Shown here one piece after another: positions 1 to 9,739 of a DNA stretch of 64,000 nt. Source of the DNA: Calothrix sp. NIES-2100. GTDB lineage: Bacteria; Cyanobacteriota; Cyanobacteriia; Cyanobacteriales; Nostocaceae. Positions within the stretch are counted from its first letter, which is position 1. The number at the start of each line of letters is the position of its first letter. Made by a program: the position numbers and the translations under genes. The DNA is taken from assembly GCA_002368195.1 (NCBI GenBank), contig AP018178.1:5401286-5465285 (forward strand), in the 5' to 3' direction. The notes beneath the pieces are model-generated. The model saw nothing but the letters and a program-made list of their open reading frames with translations, made no database searches and was not told the DNA's origin.

Positions 1-206
1 CAGAAGATGGTTATTCATTAATCCGCAAAGTGCGATCGCTACCACCAGAGCAAGGAGGGAATGTGCCAGCAGCAGCACTGACAGCTTATGCTAGAGCAGA
101 AGACCGGATGCGAGCTATCCAAGAAGGTTATCAGCTACATTTACCTAAACCAATTGAACCAGCTGAGTTAGCAACAGTAGTTGCTAGCTTGGTTGGTAGA
201 GCTTAA
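1..206 (+). CDS. 3' end of a response-regulator receiver-domain protein; partial, the start lies outside the window
   Basis: The frame reads ...DGYSLIRKVRSLPPEQGGNVPAAALTAYARAEDRMRAIQEGYQLHLPKPIEPAELATVVASLVGRA*. The ALTAY...R...A...G......KP motif is the typical C-terminal part of a CheY-like receiver domain. The stop codon is at 204-206. Confidence 0.55.
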   Translation, partial: EDGYSLIRKVRSLPPEQGGNVPAAALTAYARAEDRMRAIQEGYQLHLPKPIEPAELATVVASLVGRA

Positions 207-375
207 CCTTTTAACTACTTGCTCTTGTTAAGCGACAGAGCTAAAAACTGGAAAGCATTCTTAGGTGTCATGACCTTTCTAACGTAGCTTTCGCTTAATC
301 TGGCTATCTTGTCCACTGTTGTCCAGTGTTTAGCTGATAGCAACTGATATCCCAGCTAACTGTATTAGTAACAAA

Positions 376-1536
376 TCACCATGCATAGACTAACGGGTAT
401 GTAGCATTTTTCACAGCCTGAAGCAAAGGATCGCGAATCTTTGCTTCCGGGAACCAAGCAGCGCCCAGATCCCAAATAATCACACCGCCTAAGCCATTTT
501 TTTCAACGTAATCAATCTTTACCTGAACAGATTTTTCATTTTCATAAGAAATAAAACTATCAGTAGCTGAACCCAGTGAATTAATTTTTAAATAGGCAGA
601 TTGAGTGGTTGTATCCCAGTAATAAACCTGCTTTTTGTAATAGCGATTAATGATCTCAAAATAAGGAATTGATCCCAATATCGGTATCTGAGTTTTATCC
701 CATTTCTGTAGCGGCTCAAAAACACCGCCCCATTTTTTGCCCTCAAAGTCAATACCAATTCCTAACTTACTTGCGCTGACACCTGCATCAACAAAAGCTT
801 TCACAAGACCATCAGCAGAAGGCAGAAGTTGACCAGTGCTAGGAAATTTGTAACCACCGTCATAAAGTGGAGCATTGTGCCAAGTCACCGAACCTAGCTC
901 ATTGCTGGCTAAATTATAAGTCGTGATATTGATTTGCGCGAATTGGTCTTGCAATCTGGCAAATAGCTCTGGTCGCTCCTTGACAGCCGCAGTTAAGATC
1001 GGCCGAGGATTAATGGCACTCAATTTCTGACTCAAAAGATTAATGAACGCTGTATATTGCGCTTCATCTTCTTCTGTGAGAGATTGCCAATGAATATCAA
1101 TACCATCGTATTGTTCGCCACCATAGCCTGTATAGTCATTTGTTAAAAATTTGACAAGATTATTAGTGAAGGCTTCGAGATTTTCCGGGCTGGTAGCGGC
1201 TCGAAATCTCCGGTGTGTCGCGCCCTTGACTTCTGTTTTACCATCTCCCCCACCGATCGCAAACAGCACTTTTGTTCCGCTTGCATGGGCTGCTTTCAAC
1301 AGCGCCGCCGAGTTATCTGGGGTAATTTGATTAGTTTCAACATCCAAGCCTGCTGGATCAAAAAGCGAACTGTGCTGTTGAATACCTGGTTTGACAGCAA
1401 AATGGATGACAGCAGTCACAGCGCTATAATCAATGTCTTCAGGGCGTAAATATTCTTGCCTCCAACCGGGATAATAGGCGTTAGTCCATGCCGTCAGGCG
1501 TTTGCCGATCACTGCTAAACTTTCAATTGTGTTCAT
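376..1536 (-). CDS. Glycoside hydrolase family 18 (chitinase-like) protein with substitutions in the catalytic motif
   Basis: The fold shows GH18-like motifs (FAIGGGDG, ...GGVIIWDLG). The DxxDxDxE catalytic box reads DGIDIHWQ at about 1084-1107. The start is probably the ATG at 1536 (MNTIES, preceded by AAGAGG) rather than the longer ORF start at 1575. Confidence 0.75.
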   Translation of the reverse strand: MNTIESLAVIGKRLTAWTNAYYPGWRQEYLRPEDIDYSAVTAVIHFAVKPGIQQHSSLFDPAGLDVETNQITPDNSAALLKAAHASGTKVLFAIGGGDGKTEVKGATHRRFRAATSPENLEAFTNNLVKFLTNDYTGYGGEQYDGIDIHWQSLTEEDEAQYTAFINLLSQKLSAINPRPILTAAVKERPELFARLQDQFAQINITTYNLASNELGSVTWHNAPLYDGGYKFPSTGQLLPSADGLVKAFVDAGVSASKLGIGIDFEGKKWGGVFEPLQKWDKTQIPILGSIPYFEIINRYYKKQVYYWDTTTQSAYLKINSLGSATDSFISYENEKSVQVKIDYVEKNGLGGVIIWDLGAAWFPEAKIRDPLLQAVKNATYPLVYAW

Positions 1537-1705
1537 AGTACCTCTTGAACCTACACATTCTGCGATCGCTATCAAGTATCAGAACACACTAGTCTACAAA
1601 CGGCGTTGGTACTATTCCGGAAGGCTGATCGAAAGAAAGGCAAAGGGTAGAGGAGACAAGGGGGACAAGGGAGTGTGGGGAGTGTAGGGAATTTTCTTCT
1701 CCATG

Positions 1706-1737
1706 TCCAATGCCCCATGCCCCATGCCCCATGCCCT
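1706..1737. repeat. STRR-type heptamer array (CCCCATG x4)
   Basis: Direct tandem repeat ccccatgccccatgccccatgccc, visible in the sequence. Confidence 0.7.
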
Positions 1738-2713
1738 AAAGTTGATGAGAAGCCAGAAAAGCTTCGACTTCATCTGTAGTGGGTTGGGAGGCGATCGCGC
1801 CTGGTTTAATGGTAGTTAGCGCACCCACAGCGCTGGCATAGGTAACAATACGTTTTGCGATTTCTGGATTACCCAAGTTTTGGATACCATGCTGAAGTAT
1901 TTGATAAATAAACCCAGCCAAAAAGCTATCCCCCGCACCCGTTGTATCCACTACAGGTATAGAGAATGAGGGTAATTTGCCTTCATTTTCAGCTAAGCAG
2001 TAGGCGCAACCATTTTCCCCATCGGTCACCAATACTCCCTCAATCGAATTTAACCTGTAAGTAATTGCACCTGGATCATTAGTATCAAATAGCCATTCTG
2101 CTTCTTCTTTGGAAAGCTTGATAAAATCAACTCGTTTCAATATTTGCTCAATCTTTTGCCGAGCAATATTGGCATCTTGCCAAAATACAGGTCGCCAATT
2201 AACATCCAGCAAAATCTTCAGATCGTAATATTCTGCTAATTCTAAAGCACGGTGAATTGCCTGTTCACTGTCAGGATAAGCCAATTCCAAAGTACCCAAA
2301 ACCAAAAAATCTGCCTCTTGAAACAGAGGTAAGGGTAATTTATCTGCTTGCAGGCGCGTATCAGCAAATTCAGTGGTGTCATATTTGCCAAATCCAGCAA
2401 AAGTGCGATCGCCTGCGAGATCCCTTGTCACATATACTTGCCTTGTTGGTGCTGTCGGATGGCGTTGCACCCCAATTGTATCTACGCCTAATTCTTGTAA
2501 AAGCTTTACCAAGCTATTCCCAGGTTCATCTTCACCAACCGCGCCGATAAAACCTGCTGGTGTCCCCAGCTTGACTAAAGCACAAGCCACGTTAGCTGGT
2601 GCGCCTCCAGGGTAAGGAGTCCAAGACTGAACTTCTTCTAGCTTTAGCCCCAATTGATCGGCTAAACAATCAAACAAAATTTCACCGAGACATAAAACAC
2701 GGGGATTGCTCAT
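1736..2713 (-). CDS. PfkB-family carbohydrate kinase (fructokinase/ribokinase-like)
   Basis: N-terminal LCLGEILFD..GGAPANVA and C-terminal TTGAGDSF motifs are PfkB signatures. Confidence 0.8.
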   Translation of the reverse strand: MSNPRVLCLGEILFDCLADQLGLKLEEVQSWTPYPGGAPANVACALVKLGTPAGFIGAVGEDEPGNSLVKLLQELGVDTIGVQRHPTAPTRQVYVTRDLAGDRTFAGFGKYDTTEFADTRLQADKLPLPLFQEADFLVLGTLELAYPDSEQAIHRALELAEYYDLKILLDVNWRPVFWQDANIARQKIEQILKRVDFIKLSKEEAEWLFDTNDPGAITYRLNSIEGVLVTDGENGCAYCLAENEGKLPSFSIPVVDTTGAGDSFLAGFIYQILQHGIQNLGNPEIAKRIVTYASAVGALTTIKPGAIASQPTTDEVEAFLASHQL

Positions 2714-3065
2714 TTCATTTTAGTTTGCGATTTGTCAGTCAGATTTTCCAGTATAAAATCTACAATAAACTTGGCTATCTGTCGCCCGTCCTTCATCGCT
2801 GGAAATAGCAATGTTTGCTACTAACATGAGATATACATGCTTTGTTCCCCACATTTTATTGCATCATGAAAACAGCTAATTTTAGCTATTTGATGGTAGT
2901 ATTTAATACTGTAATTTCGTCAATTACCTGAAGATGAACCAAAAATAAACAGAAAAGAATAGCAATTGTAATGCTAATCGCACTGGAAACGCCTGCCGAC
3001 AAAAGAATCTTCTAGAATGAGAGAGAGCGGTTAAGTACATATACCAAGGGAGGATAGAATAAGTC

Positions 3066-3329
3066 ATGGCTGCTGGCGAGTCTCAGACCCCTGTTAGTCT
3101 GTCAGACAGAGAACTGCAAATTATCGACTTAGTGGCCGCTGGCTTAACTAACCAAGAGATTGCAGGAAAACTGGAAATTAGCAAACGCACAGTTGATAAC
3201 CATATCAGCAATATTCTCACGAAAACCCAGACGGAAAACCGAGTAGCTCTTGTGCGCTGGGCTTTACAGTGGGGCAAAGTCTGTTTGAATGATGTCAATT
3301 GCTGTTCTCTGCCTAACCATAATGATTAG
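3066..3329 (+). CDS. Small LuxR-family helix-turn-helix transcription regulator
   Basis: LSDRELQIIDLVAAGLTNQEIAGKLEISKRTVDNHISNILTK is a canonical LuxR/GerE helix-turn-helix. Confidence 0.7.
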   Translation: MAAGESQTPVSLSDRELQIIDLVAAGLTNQEIAGKLEISKRTVDNHISNILTKTQTENRVALVRWALQWGKVCLNDVNCCSLPNHND

Positions 3330-4084
3330 ACAAGTTGCTAGTCAGGATGCGATCGATGGCGTTGAACCATAACATCATTGATTGCGTTATCACGTTCAAG
3401 TTCTTTTGGTTTACAGCCAAGGCAAATCTGACGCTTAACTAAGTGTTCTGCTCTTCACGCATTAATTTCATCAGTGTGAACTTCTACCACCAAGTTTTTT
3501 GAGCGTCAAACTCAACCAATTTTAGATTTTGGATGCTCGGATTTTGGTGAAGCAGCGACGGGTACCCAAGGAGTTTCCACGCCACTTACGCGGCTCTACC
3601 TCTTAACCCGGATAACGCAGTGGCTCCCCATGAGCGACTGCACCAAGCCGAAGGGATTTAACCCGACCACGCTTGCTACTTGGCTCAAGGATTTTCAATT
3701 TTGGCAGCCCTGCGCCTTTGCGGGTTCTCAAGGCACTTCGTTCAGTCGGTAGACTTGTAGGAAGTGGCGTGATTTTGGATTTGTTCCGCCCAAAGATGTG
3801 CATGAACCAAAAAAAATCTAAAATCGGCTTTTCTTGAATCTAAAATTGGCATAATGCTCGTCAAAGGGAGTCTTTTCACTGTCGGTACAGTCTTTTTCTG
3901 ACTTTACCGATAGAGAAGTTCCCTTGGGTGCAACAGTATGTATCCACTCAACAATAAAAATTAGCAATAATATATTGCTCGAAGCGCTACATTTGAAAGA
4001 AACCCATGTTGCTTTATCGACTTGGGGAGCAGTGTTCCTGTACACAAGCCCGATTAGGAAACTGCGCTTAAAAGCGCTTGAGTT

Positions 4085-4846
4085 GTGTTTCCTCCCACAG
4101 CTAGAAGCAGTGGGTTTCTACACATACCGCGAGATTTTATGAATACTTCTGCTTCTTTTCAAAGTGGCTTATCTCCCTTTGACTTTTTCAACTTTGATTT
4201 AACGACTCCCATATCTGGGAATATTCCGAGAGTCGCAGAGCCAGCGGCGGCTGTTGATTTTCCCCAACCCACACCGGATGCTGATTTACTCAGACAGCTA
4301 TCATTTATTCCGGGATTGAAAGAAATTTTGCTCCTGCGACAAGTTCATGCTTTAGAACATGCTACTGTTTGGGTTCTGAGTGAATCAAACAGTGCCTATA
4401 CGAACAGCAGAGAATCTACCAATGTTCAAGTTGATAACGAACTATTAAGCGGGTTGTCTACAGAACATGGATTCTACCTCTATGGTGAAGTCAATATTAG
4501 TGATTTACGACGTGCAGTCACTCTCGCCCTACATCGCCTGACTAGTGGCGAATCGGATTTAGCTGTACATCCCCGTTGCGGCACAAATTTATCAGTAGCT
4601 ATGCTGTTAACCGCTGGACTAGCTGTGGGTGTGCATCTGTTGCTACCGTTCCGACCAATTGAGCAACTCATCGGTTTGGGATTAGCAGCGACAACAGCTG
4701 CTGAACTTGCACCAGATTTAGGTTTAATGGCACAGCGCTACATCACAACTGCCATTCCCTTTAACCTCAAAATTGAACATATTATTCGGACACGGGACGT
4801 TTGGGGACGAGAGGCGCATTTTGTGAAGGTGAATTGGCAAGAATAA
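4085..4846 (+). CDS. Conserved hypothetical protein (function unknown)
   Basis: Long ORF with coding-like composition and conserved-looking segments (HALEHATVWVL, HPRCGTN). The real start may be the ATG at 4139. No family confidently recognised. Confidence 0.45.
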   Translation: MFPPTARSSGFLHIPRDFMNTSASFQSGLSPFDFFNFDLTTPISGNIPRVAEPAAAVDFPQPTPDADLLRQLSFIPGLKEILLLRQVHALEHATVWVLSESNSAYTNSRESTNVQVDNELLSGLSTEHGFYLYGEVNISDLRRAVTLALHRLTSGESDLAVHPRCGTNLSVAMLLTAGLAVGVHLLLPFRPIEQLIGLGLAATTAAELAPDLGLMAQRYITTAIPFNLKIEHIIRTRDVWGREAHFVKVNWQE

Positions 4847-4978
4847 TATCTCAGCTTTCCTTTGCTGCTAGTGAATATCCGCCTAATATCTGTTCTGCTC
4901 TGCCAAGCGGTATTTCTATTAATATAGTGACTTACCGCTATGCGATCGCGCGCCTACGCATTTTCAGAGAGTTAAGTA

Positions 4979-5980
4979 ATGAGAAAGCTTTATTTCTTAC
5001 TTCCAGGAACAGATAGTAAATTTGCTTGTGGTGGTCTTTGGGCAGAGTTAAAAACAGTTAATTTAGTTCAGCAGATTTGTAGCGCTGATGTTGTCACTTA
5101 TCGTCAAAGGGAGTCTGGCAGACTGTTTATAGATGATCTACTCCAAGAGAAAAATTTAAATGATGTAATTTTTGTTATTAGTTGGGGATTTGATATAGCC
5201 CAACTCGCTGCTAAACTTCAACAATATAACGTTGTATACCATGCTCATAGCGCAGGTTACAAATTCTACTTATCAGGCAGTATACCCATTATCACTGTTA
5301 GCCGAAATACAATGGGATATTGGGGGCAAAAATCTCCCAACTCTTTGATTTATTATTTGCCTAATCAAATTAGTAACGAATTTCAAAATTTACATCTACA
5401 AAGAGACATCGATGTTTTAGTTCAGGCAAGAAAATCTTCAGAATATTTAATGCAAGCATTGATTCCCGAATTAGAGAAAAAATGTAATGTACTTGTGGTT
5501 AATTCCTATGTAGAAGATTTGCCTGGATTATTCAATCGCGCTAAAATTTATCTTTATGACTCTGCTGAATATTGGGCGCAACAAAATGTAAGTGAAGGAT
5601 TTGGTTTACAACCAATGGAAGCCCTTGCCTGTGGCTGTCAAGTATTTTCAAGTGTCAATGGCGGGTTATCTGATTACCTAGATCCGGGATTTAATTGCTA
5701 TAAAATTGCTGGATATTCAAAAGAATTTGATATTCAACGTATTTTAAAGGTGTTGGAATCTCCAGTCAATATGACTTTGTCGGAAGAGTTTTTTAACGAG
5801 TATCGGTACGACAATATTATTAAGCGGTTGCAAGTGATTCTGGATGAATTAAACGAATTTTTCGATCATAAAATCCAACAACCACAAAATATTCCCGAAC
5901 TCTCAAGAATCCGTTTAGTAAAATTACTGACAAAGAATATATACAGTAAAGTGCGTAAGAAATATTTTCGGGACAATTGA
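4979..5980 (+). CDS. Glycosyltransferase family 1/4-like protein
   Basis: The C-terminal EGFGLQPMEALACGCQVF matches the GT-B/GT4 EX7E donor-binding motif. Confidence 0.7.
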   Translation: MRKLYFLLPGTDSKFACGGLWAELKTVNLVQQICSADVVTYRQRESGRLFIDDLLQEKNLNDVIFVISWGFDIAQLAAKLQQYNVVYHAHSAGYKFYLSGSIPIITVSRNTMGYWGQKSPNSLIYYLPNQISNEFQNLHLQRDIDVLVQARKSSEYLMQALIPELEKKCNVLVVNSYVEDLPGLFNRAKIYLYDSAEYWAQQNVSEGFGLQPMEALACGCQVFSSVNGGLSDYLDPGFNCYKIAGYSKEFDIQRILKVLESPVNMTLSEEFFNEYRYDNIIKRLQVILDELNEFFDHKIQQPQNIPELSRIRLVKLLTKNIYSKVRKKYFRDN

Positions 5981-6203
5981 AAGTTGCTAACACAGAAGTA
6001 GCGGAGTGAAGGCGTGCGGGCTGTGACTATCTTTGCTGCCAATGCATAATCTTGATGCCCGTACCAGGCACCACCGAATCTAGCGCAGCGTTCCCCAGTT
6101 GCGTCAATGTTCACAGTCCCGGTTTTTTGTTAACGTTAGCCGAAGGCTTTGGCGAAGCCATCGCTTGACATTCAAGACAGTCGCTACGGGCGATGAGATC
6201 GTA

Positions 6204-6389
6204 CTACAAGAGGCGATCGCACTTGTTGAGGATGGTGCGTTCCCAGGATAGGGTTTGAGTGAGGTATGGAAGTTGTGGCAAGGAACGCACTCTACAAGAT
6301 CGGCGATCGCACTGCAAAATGCCAGAGCGATCGCGATTCAACTCATTGGCTGAAGTTGTTTTAGTTGGGGTGGTTGATAGGGTTCTCAT
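6204..6389 (-). pseudogene. Orphan 5' fragment duplicating the leader of the DUF4157 gene
   Basis: The first 26 residues (MRTLSTTPTKTTSANELNRDRSGILQ) and about 90 nt of 5' UTR are near-identical to the start of the 838-aa gene at 9054. The frame then diverges and stops after 61 codons. Confidence 0.5.
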
Positions 6390-6537
6390 CCAGTTCTCCT
6401 GGTTTTAAGTTAAAACTTGGGCGATCGCTTGGGTGAGTTAAAGGATAGTTGCTTAGGGGTGTGATTTGTTGGGTTTCATGCTTCGACTCAACCTACGGTT
6501 GGGCGATCGCACCGCAAAATACTGATTCTACGCAGGC

Positions 6538-9054
6538 TTAAAGGTTGTAAATTTTTCCTTCAATGTCACAGATGATAATGTTTCGGTCTCTCGCATATTT
6601 CAGCACTATTTCCGGAAGAGGCAATACGTATTGAACAGGAACCTGAAGCACCTGTACTCCCTCTAGCACTTCGCCCTTGAGGTCGGCTGAGCGAATCGGG
6701 GCTTTCGGCGGGTACTTGACGTAGAGTTCCTGGAGATAGTCCAGCGCCTTAAGCTCATCATTTGCGAGTTGCCCCATTGGAAACTTACGGGAGATTATTT
6801 TCTCTCCTTTAATGTACAGATCGACGCGTGGATATCTTCCGCTTGGCGTACGCAGCTGAACTTCAGCATGCGCCCCTTTCGGAATTTTCAGCTTATTGAA
6901 CAAACTGCCCGCTTCTTTAGGATCCGCGACTATGTCACCGAGTGGGCCTTCAAATCCCTCTTGAAAACCACCGAGGTGTTCAAGTTCCTCTTCGAGAGCC
7001 GTTAAGTCGCAAATTCTATGCGTACTCCATCGACAGATTTTTCCGTTTAGTTTTCTGCGATATATATGACTGCCTCCATCATGCTTAATTTCCATCTCGT
7101 ATACAAAGCCCTCGTCAACGAGCGCCTTGTCAGTTACACCGCGAACCTCACCAGCTTCTACTGCCCTAACGACTTGTGGACCTTCAGTACGTGCGATCTC
7201 TTGTTCAACCGATGCCCGTATTTTGGTCGCCGCCTTCTCCGCTACTTTATCGAGCGTTTCAGCCGCTTCAGACGTCGCCTTACCTTCTCCGCCGCCCATG
7301 AGCTTGCCAATAACGAGATTTACGAGGATCTCTCGACCTGCGCTGCTAGCGATGTCCTTGAAACTTCGACCTTCGCCACTAAGATCCCGCAATCCTTCCT
7401 CACCCAGATCGTCGAGCACGACACCAGCAATCATTATGAGAGGACTAGGTGAGAAGGACAGGACAAAGCCACCGGCCTTGATCAATAAGGGAAAGAGCTG
7501 CGCGGCGAATTTCGCAGCCTCAGCAGTTTCGCGCATAACCTCACCAATGACGGTCTGTCTATTGAGGAGATCAACACTCCCGCTGTAATACCACAATGGG
7601 TAACCATCAAGATAGACCCAAACGATGCCTCCACTGTCAGATCCTGTCCCAAGGGTCTTGTAGATGTCAGCAATGTGGAAACGACCATAACGCTGACCAA
7701 CCCTGAAAATAATATCACCGACCAGTCCCTGGTGAATTCGATGCTCATGTTGATACAGATCCTTCGTCCTAATTCGTTTTATCTCCTTGCTGTCATCCGT
7801 AAGACTCATATTTTGCGGCGTCCTGCCCGCAGCTTCTAGGTAACTATCGCGGTAGCGTGTGATCAGCGCATGAGTTAAATAATCCTTGATAGGTCCCCAA
7901 TGATCCATCAATTCCATCACGGCCATCTCACGGGCGTTTACAGATCCCTCGAACTTGTCCAGACTTGTCTGCTCAAACATGGGACGTAGGTGTTTTTCGG
8001 ACCCCATCCGTATGTATTCTGGTGCATCCGGATCGAGCGGATTGTGTCCACGCAAGAGATCAGTCAGCAGTATCGCAATCTCATCGACAATGTCTGACTC
8101 TGCTCCATCTTGCTCTTGCATTCTCATAAGAGATCTATCATCTTGAATTACAAAACTCGCACGCGCAATCGCCCAGTTTTGGAGTTTGTAGCCCGTAATT
8201 CGATCATCCGGGCCTTGCCCCGACGACCATCTCCGATCAGCCATATAGAGTGGATCATCTAACCCCGATCCTGTTTCCTGGCGTTGGACAAGAGTCGTTG
8301 ATGTTGGTCTTAAAACCTGAGAAGCGCTAGACCAAGTGGCGGGTGGACTGCCGGACTGCTGGATAGCATGAGCCAATTCGTGAGCCAGCAACTGTCGTCC
8401 GGTGGTGCTTCCGGGTACGAACTGACTTGTGCCGAATACGATATTGTGCCCCACTGTGTAGGCATGAGCCTTCACGTCCCACGCCGATCGCTCGGCAGCC
8501 TCGCCGGAATGCACCCGCACCCGTGAAAAGTCATGGCCGAAACGCGGCTCCATAAAGGCACGAGTTGCTGCATCAAGAGGTTGTCCAGGTGAAGATAATG
8601 CTTGATGAACACTGTAGGGCGCTTCAGAAGATTCTTGGGTTGAAGCTGGTGCAGTTGTTTGATTGCCTGTAGCTTTCGTCTGAATGACATCCTCCGCTGC
8701 TACTTGAGGCGAAACTTGCCGTTGAACTAAAGGAGTGATTTGACTGGCGATTTCCCTTTGAATCATCCCCTCTTCTTCGTCTTCCAGTTCCATCTGGCGC
8801 TGAATCGCTGGTTCTGGCATCCGCATTACCTGGTCAGCAATGCGATCGGCTTCCAGTTCCAAGGGATCGTTACTAGCCCCAATCATGAGCTTCCGTTGTA
8901 AGCTAGCCTTATTCTTCGCACAACTGGTGCATTCTCCACCCGCGATCGTATGTTGCCCACAGGACTCACATTTCCGCTGCAAGATGCCTGAGTGACCGCG
9001 GTTCAACTCATTGGCTGAAGTTGTTTTAGTTGAGGTGGTTGATAGGGTTCTCAT
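6538..9054 (-). CDS. DUF4157 (HExxH Zn-metallopeptidase-like) domain protein with a long C-terminal extension; polymorphic-toxin/effector-like
   Basis: A Cys-rich leader (CESCGQHTIAGGECTSCAKNK) is followed by the canonical DUF4157 block: LELEADRIADQVMRM ... SSPGQPLDAATRAFMEPRFGHDFSRVRVHSG ... LLAHELAHAIQQ. After that comes about 580 aa of uncharacterised sequence including a hydrophobic segment. Confidence 0.8.
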   Translation of the reverse strand: MRTLSTTSTKTTSANELNRGHSGILQRKCESCGQHTIAGGECTSCAKNKASLQRKLMIGASNDPLELEADRIADQVMRMPEPAIQRQMELEDEEEGMIQREIASQITPLVQRQVSPQVAAEDVIQTKATGNQTTAPASTQESSEAPYSVHQALSSPGQPLDAATRAFMEPRFGHDFSRVRVHSGEAAERSAWDVKAHAYTVGHNIVFGTSQFVPGSTTGRQLLAHELAHAIQQSGSPPATWSSASQVLRPTSTTLVQRQETGSGLDDPLYMADRRWSSGQGPDDRITGYKLQNWAIARASFVIQDDRSLMRMQEQDGAESDIVDEIAILLTDLLRGHNPLDPDAPEYIRMGSEKHLRPMFEQTSLDKFEGSVNAREMAVMELMDHWGPIKDYLTHALITRYRDSYLEAAGRTPQNMSLTDDSKEIKRIRTKDLYQHEHRIHQGLVGDIIFRVGQRYGRFHIADIYKTLGTGSDSGGIVWVYLDGYPLWYYSGSVDLLNRQTVIGEVMRETAEAAKFAAQLFPLLIKAGGFVLSFSPSPLIMIAGVVLDDLGEEGLRDLSGEGRSFKDIASSAGREILVNLVIGKLMGGGEGKATSEAAETLDKVAEKAATKIRASVEQEIARTEGPQVVRAVEAGEVRGVTDKALVDEGFVYEMEIKHDGGSHIYRRKLNGKICRWSTHRICDLTALEEELEHLGGFQEGFEGPLGDIVADPKEAGSLFNKLKIPKGAHAEVQLRTPSGRYPRVDLYIKGEKIISRKFPMGQLANDELKALDYLQELYVKYPPKAPIRSADLKGEVLEGVQVLQVPVQYVLPLPEIVLKYARDRNIIICDIEGKIYNL

Positions 9055-9093
9055 CCAGTTCTCCCGGTTTTAAGTTGAGGCTTGGGCGATCGC

Positions 9094-9412
9094 TCATGAC
9101 CAGTTTCCGGTCGGAGATTGCCAACGAAACTCTGCCTCATTAATGGGACGTTCAATCTTGTCCAGTTCAGTACGGATACTGGCTAATACGAGAGGCATTG
9201 TTACAGAACTGCCTGCTTTAGCGGCTAAGAATGTGGCATTCAGGGCAATATTATGTATATTACCACCCGTTAGATTAAACCAGGCCAGATGCTCCTCATC
9301 TAGTTCATCGGTAGGAGTTTCGGCGCAAAGGCTCGTTAGCAGATCAGCTTGCGTTCTGCCAATCCAGGAAAGGGAAAGTCGATCAAAAACCGTAGCCGCC
9401 GCAGGAATGCCT
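9094..9412 (-). pseudogene. C-terminal remnant of an AAA+ ATPase with no start and no ATPase core
   Basis: The minus-strand frame gives ...DRLSLSWIGRTQADLLTSLCAETPTDELDEEHLAWFNLTGGNIHNIALNATFLAAKAGSSVTMPLVLASIRTELDKIERPINEAEF, which resembles the lid subdomain of AAA+ ATPases. The frame is closed by an in-frame stop immediately upstream, so there are no Walker motifs. Confidence 0.55.
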
Positions 9413-9573
9413 CATCTAAAGCACAAGTCGAAGCCTTGAAAAACTACACTGGTTATGATCCAGAATTCGTCCATGTTGATAAAATTTATCGCACAAGAGA
9501 GAACCGAGCTTGGTCGCACTGGTTTCCGGTAAAAATTGCTTGGCAAGCGATCGCCCTAATTTACCACAGCTAA
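9349..9573 (+). other. Short ORF, possibly a transposase-related remnant at a rearrangement junction
   Basis: 74-aa ORF containing ...GYDPEFVHVDKIYRTRENRAW.... It sits between two gene fragments. The assignment is weak. Confidence 0.2.
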
Positions 9574-9739
9574 ATCATCATTGACATTAAAACTATTTTC
9601 TGGGGTTTAGAGCCAAAAGTAAAAATACTCATAGGTTAGACAGTTGCGCCTAACTTCGCATTTTGCTAAGATTAGCCTAGTAATGGGTTAAGGAGATGTA
9701 AATAATGGCTATTTTTAGGTCAAGAGGAAAACCAAATAG

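Noticed and set aside
3603-4045. Small minus-strand ORFs (3603..3803, 3818..4045) as transposase or other genes
   Set aside because: Arg/Lys-rich low-complexity translations, with no motifs and no start context. The region is treated as non-coding.
7066-7748. Plus- and minus-strand ORFs nested inside the DUF4157 gene (7066..7452, 7127..7588, 7482..7748)
   Set aside because: They lie in alternative frames within a gene that has a strong domain signature. They are Ser/Arg-rich and have no similarity to known proteins.
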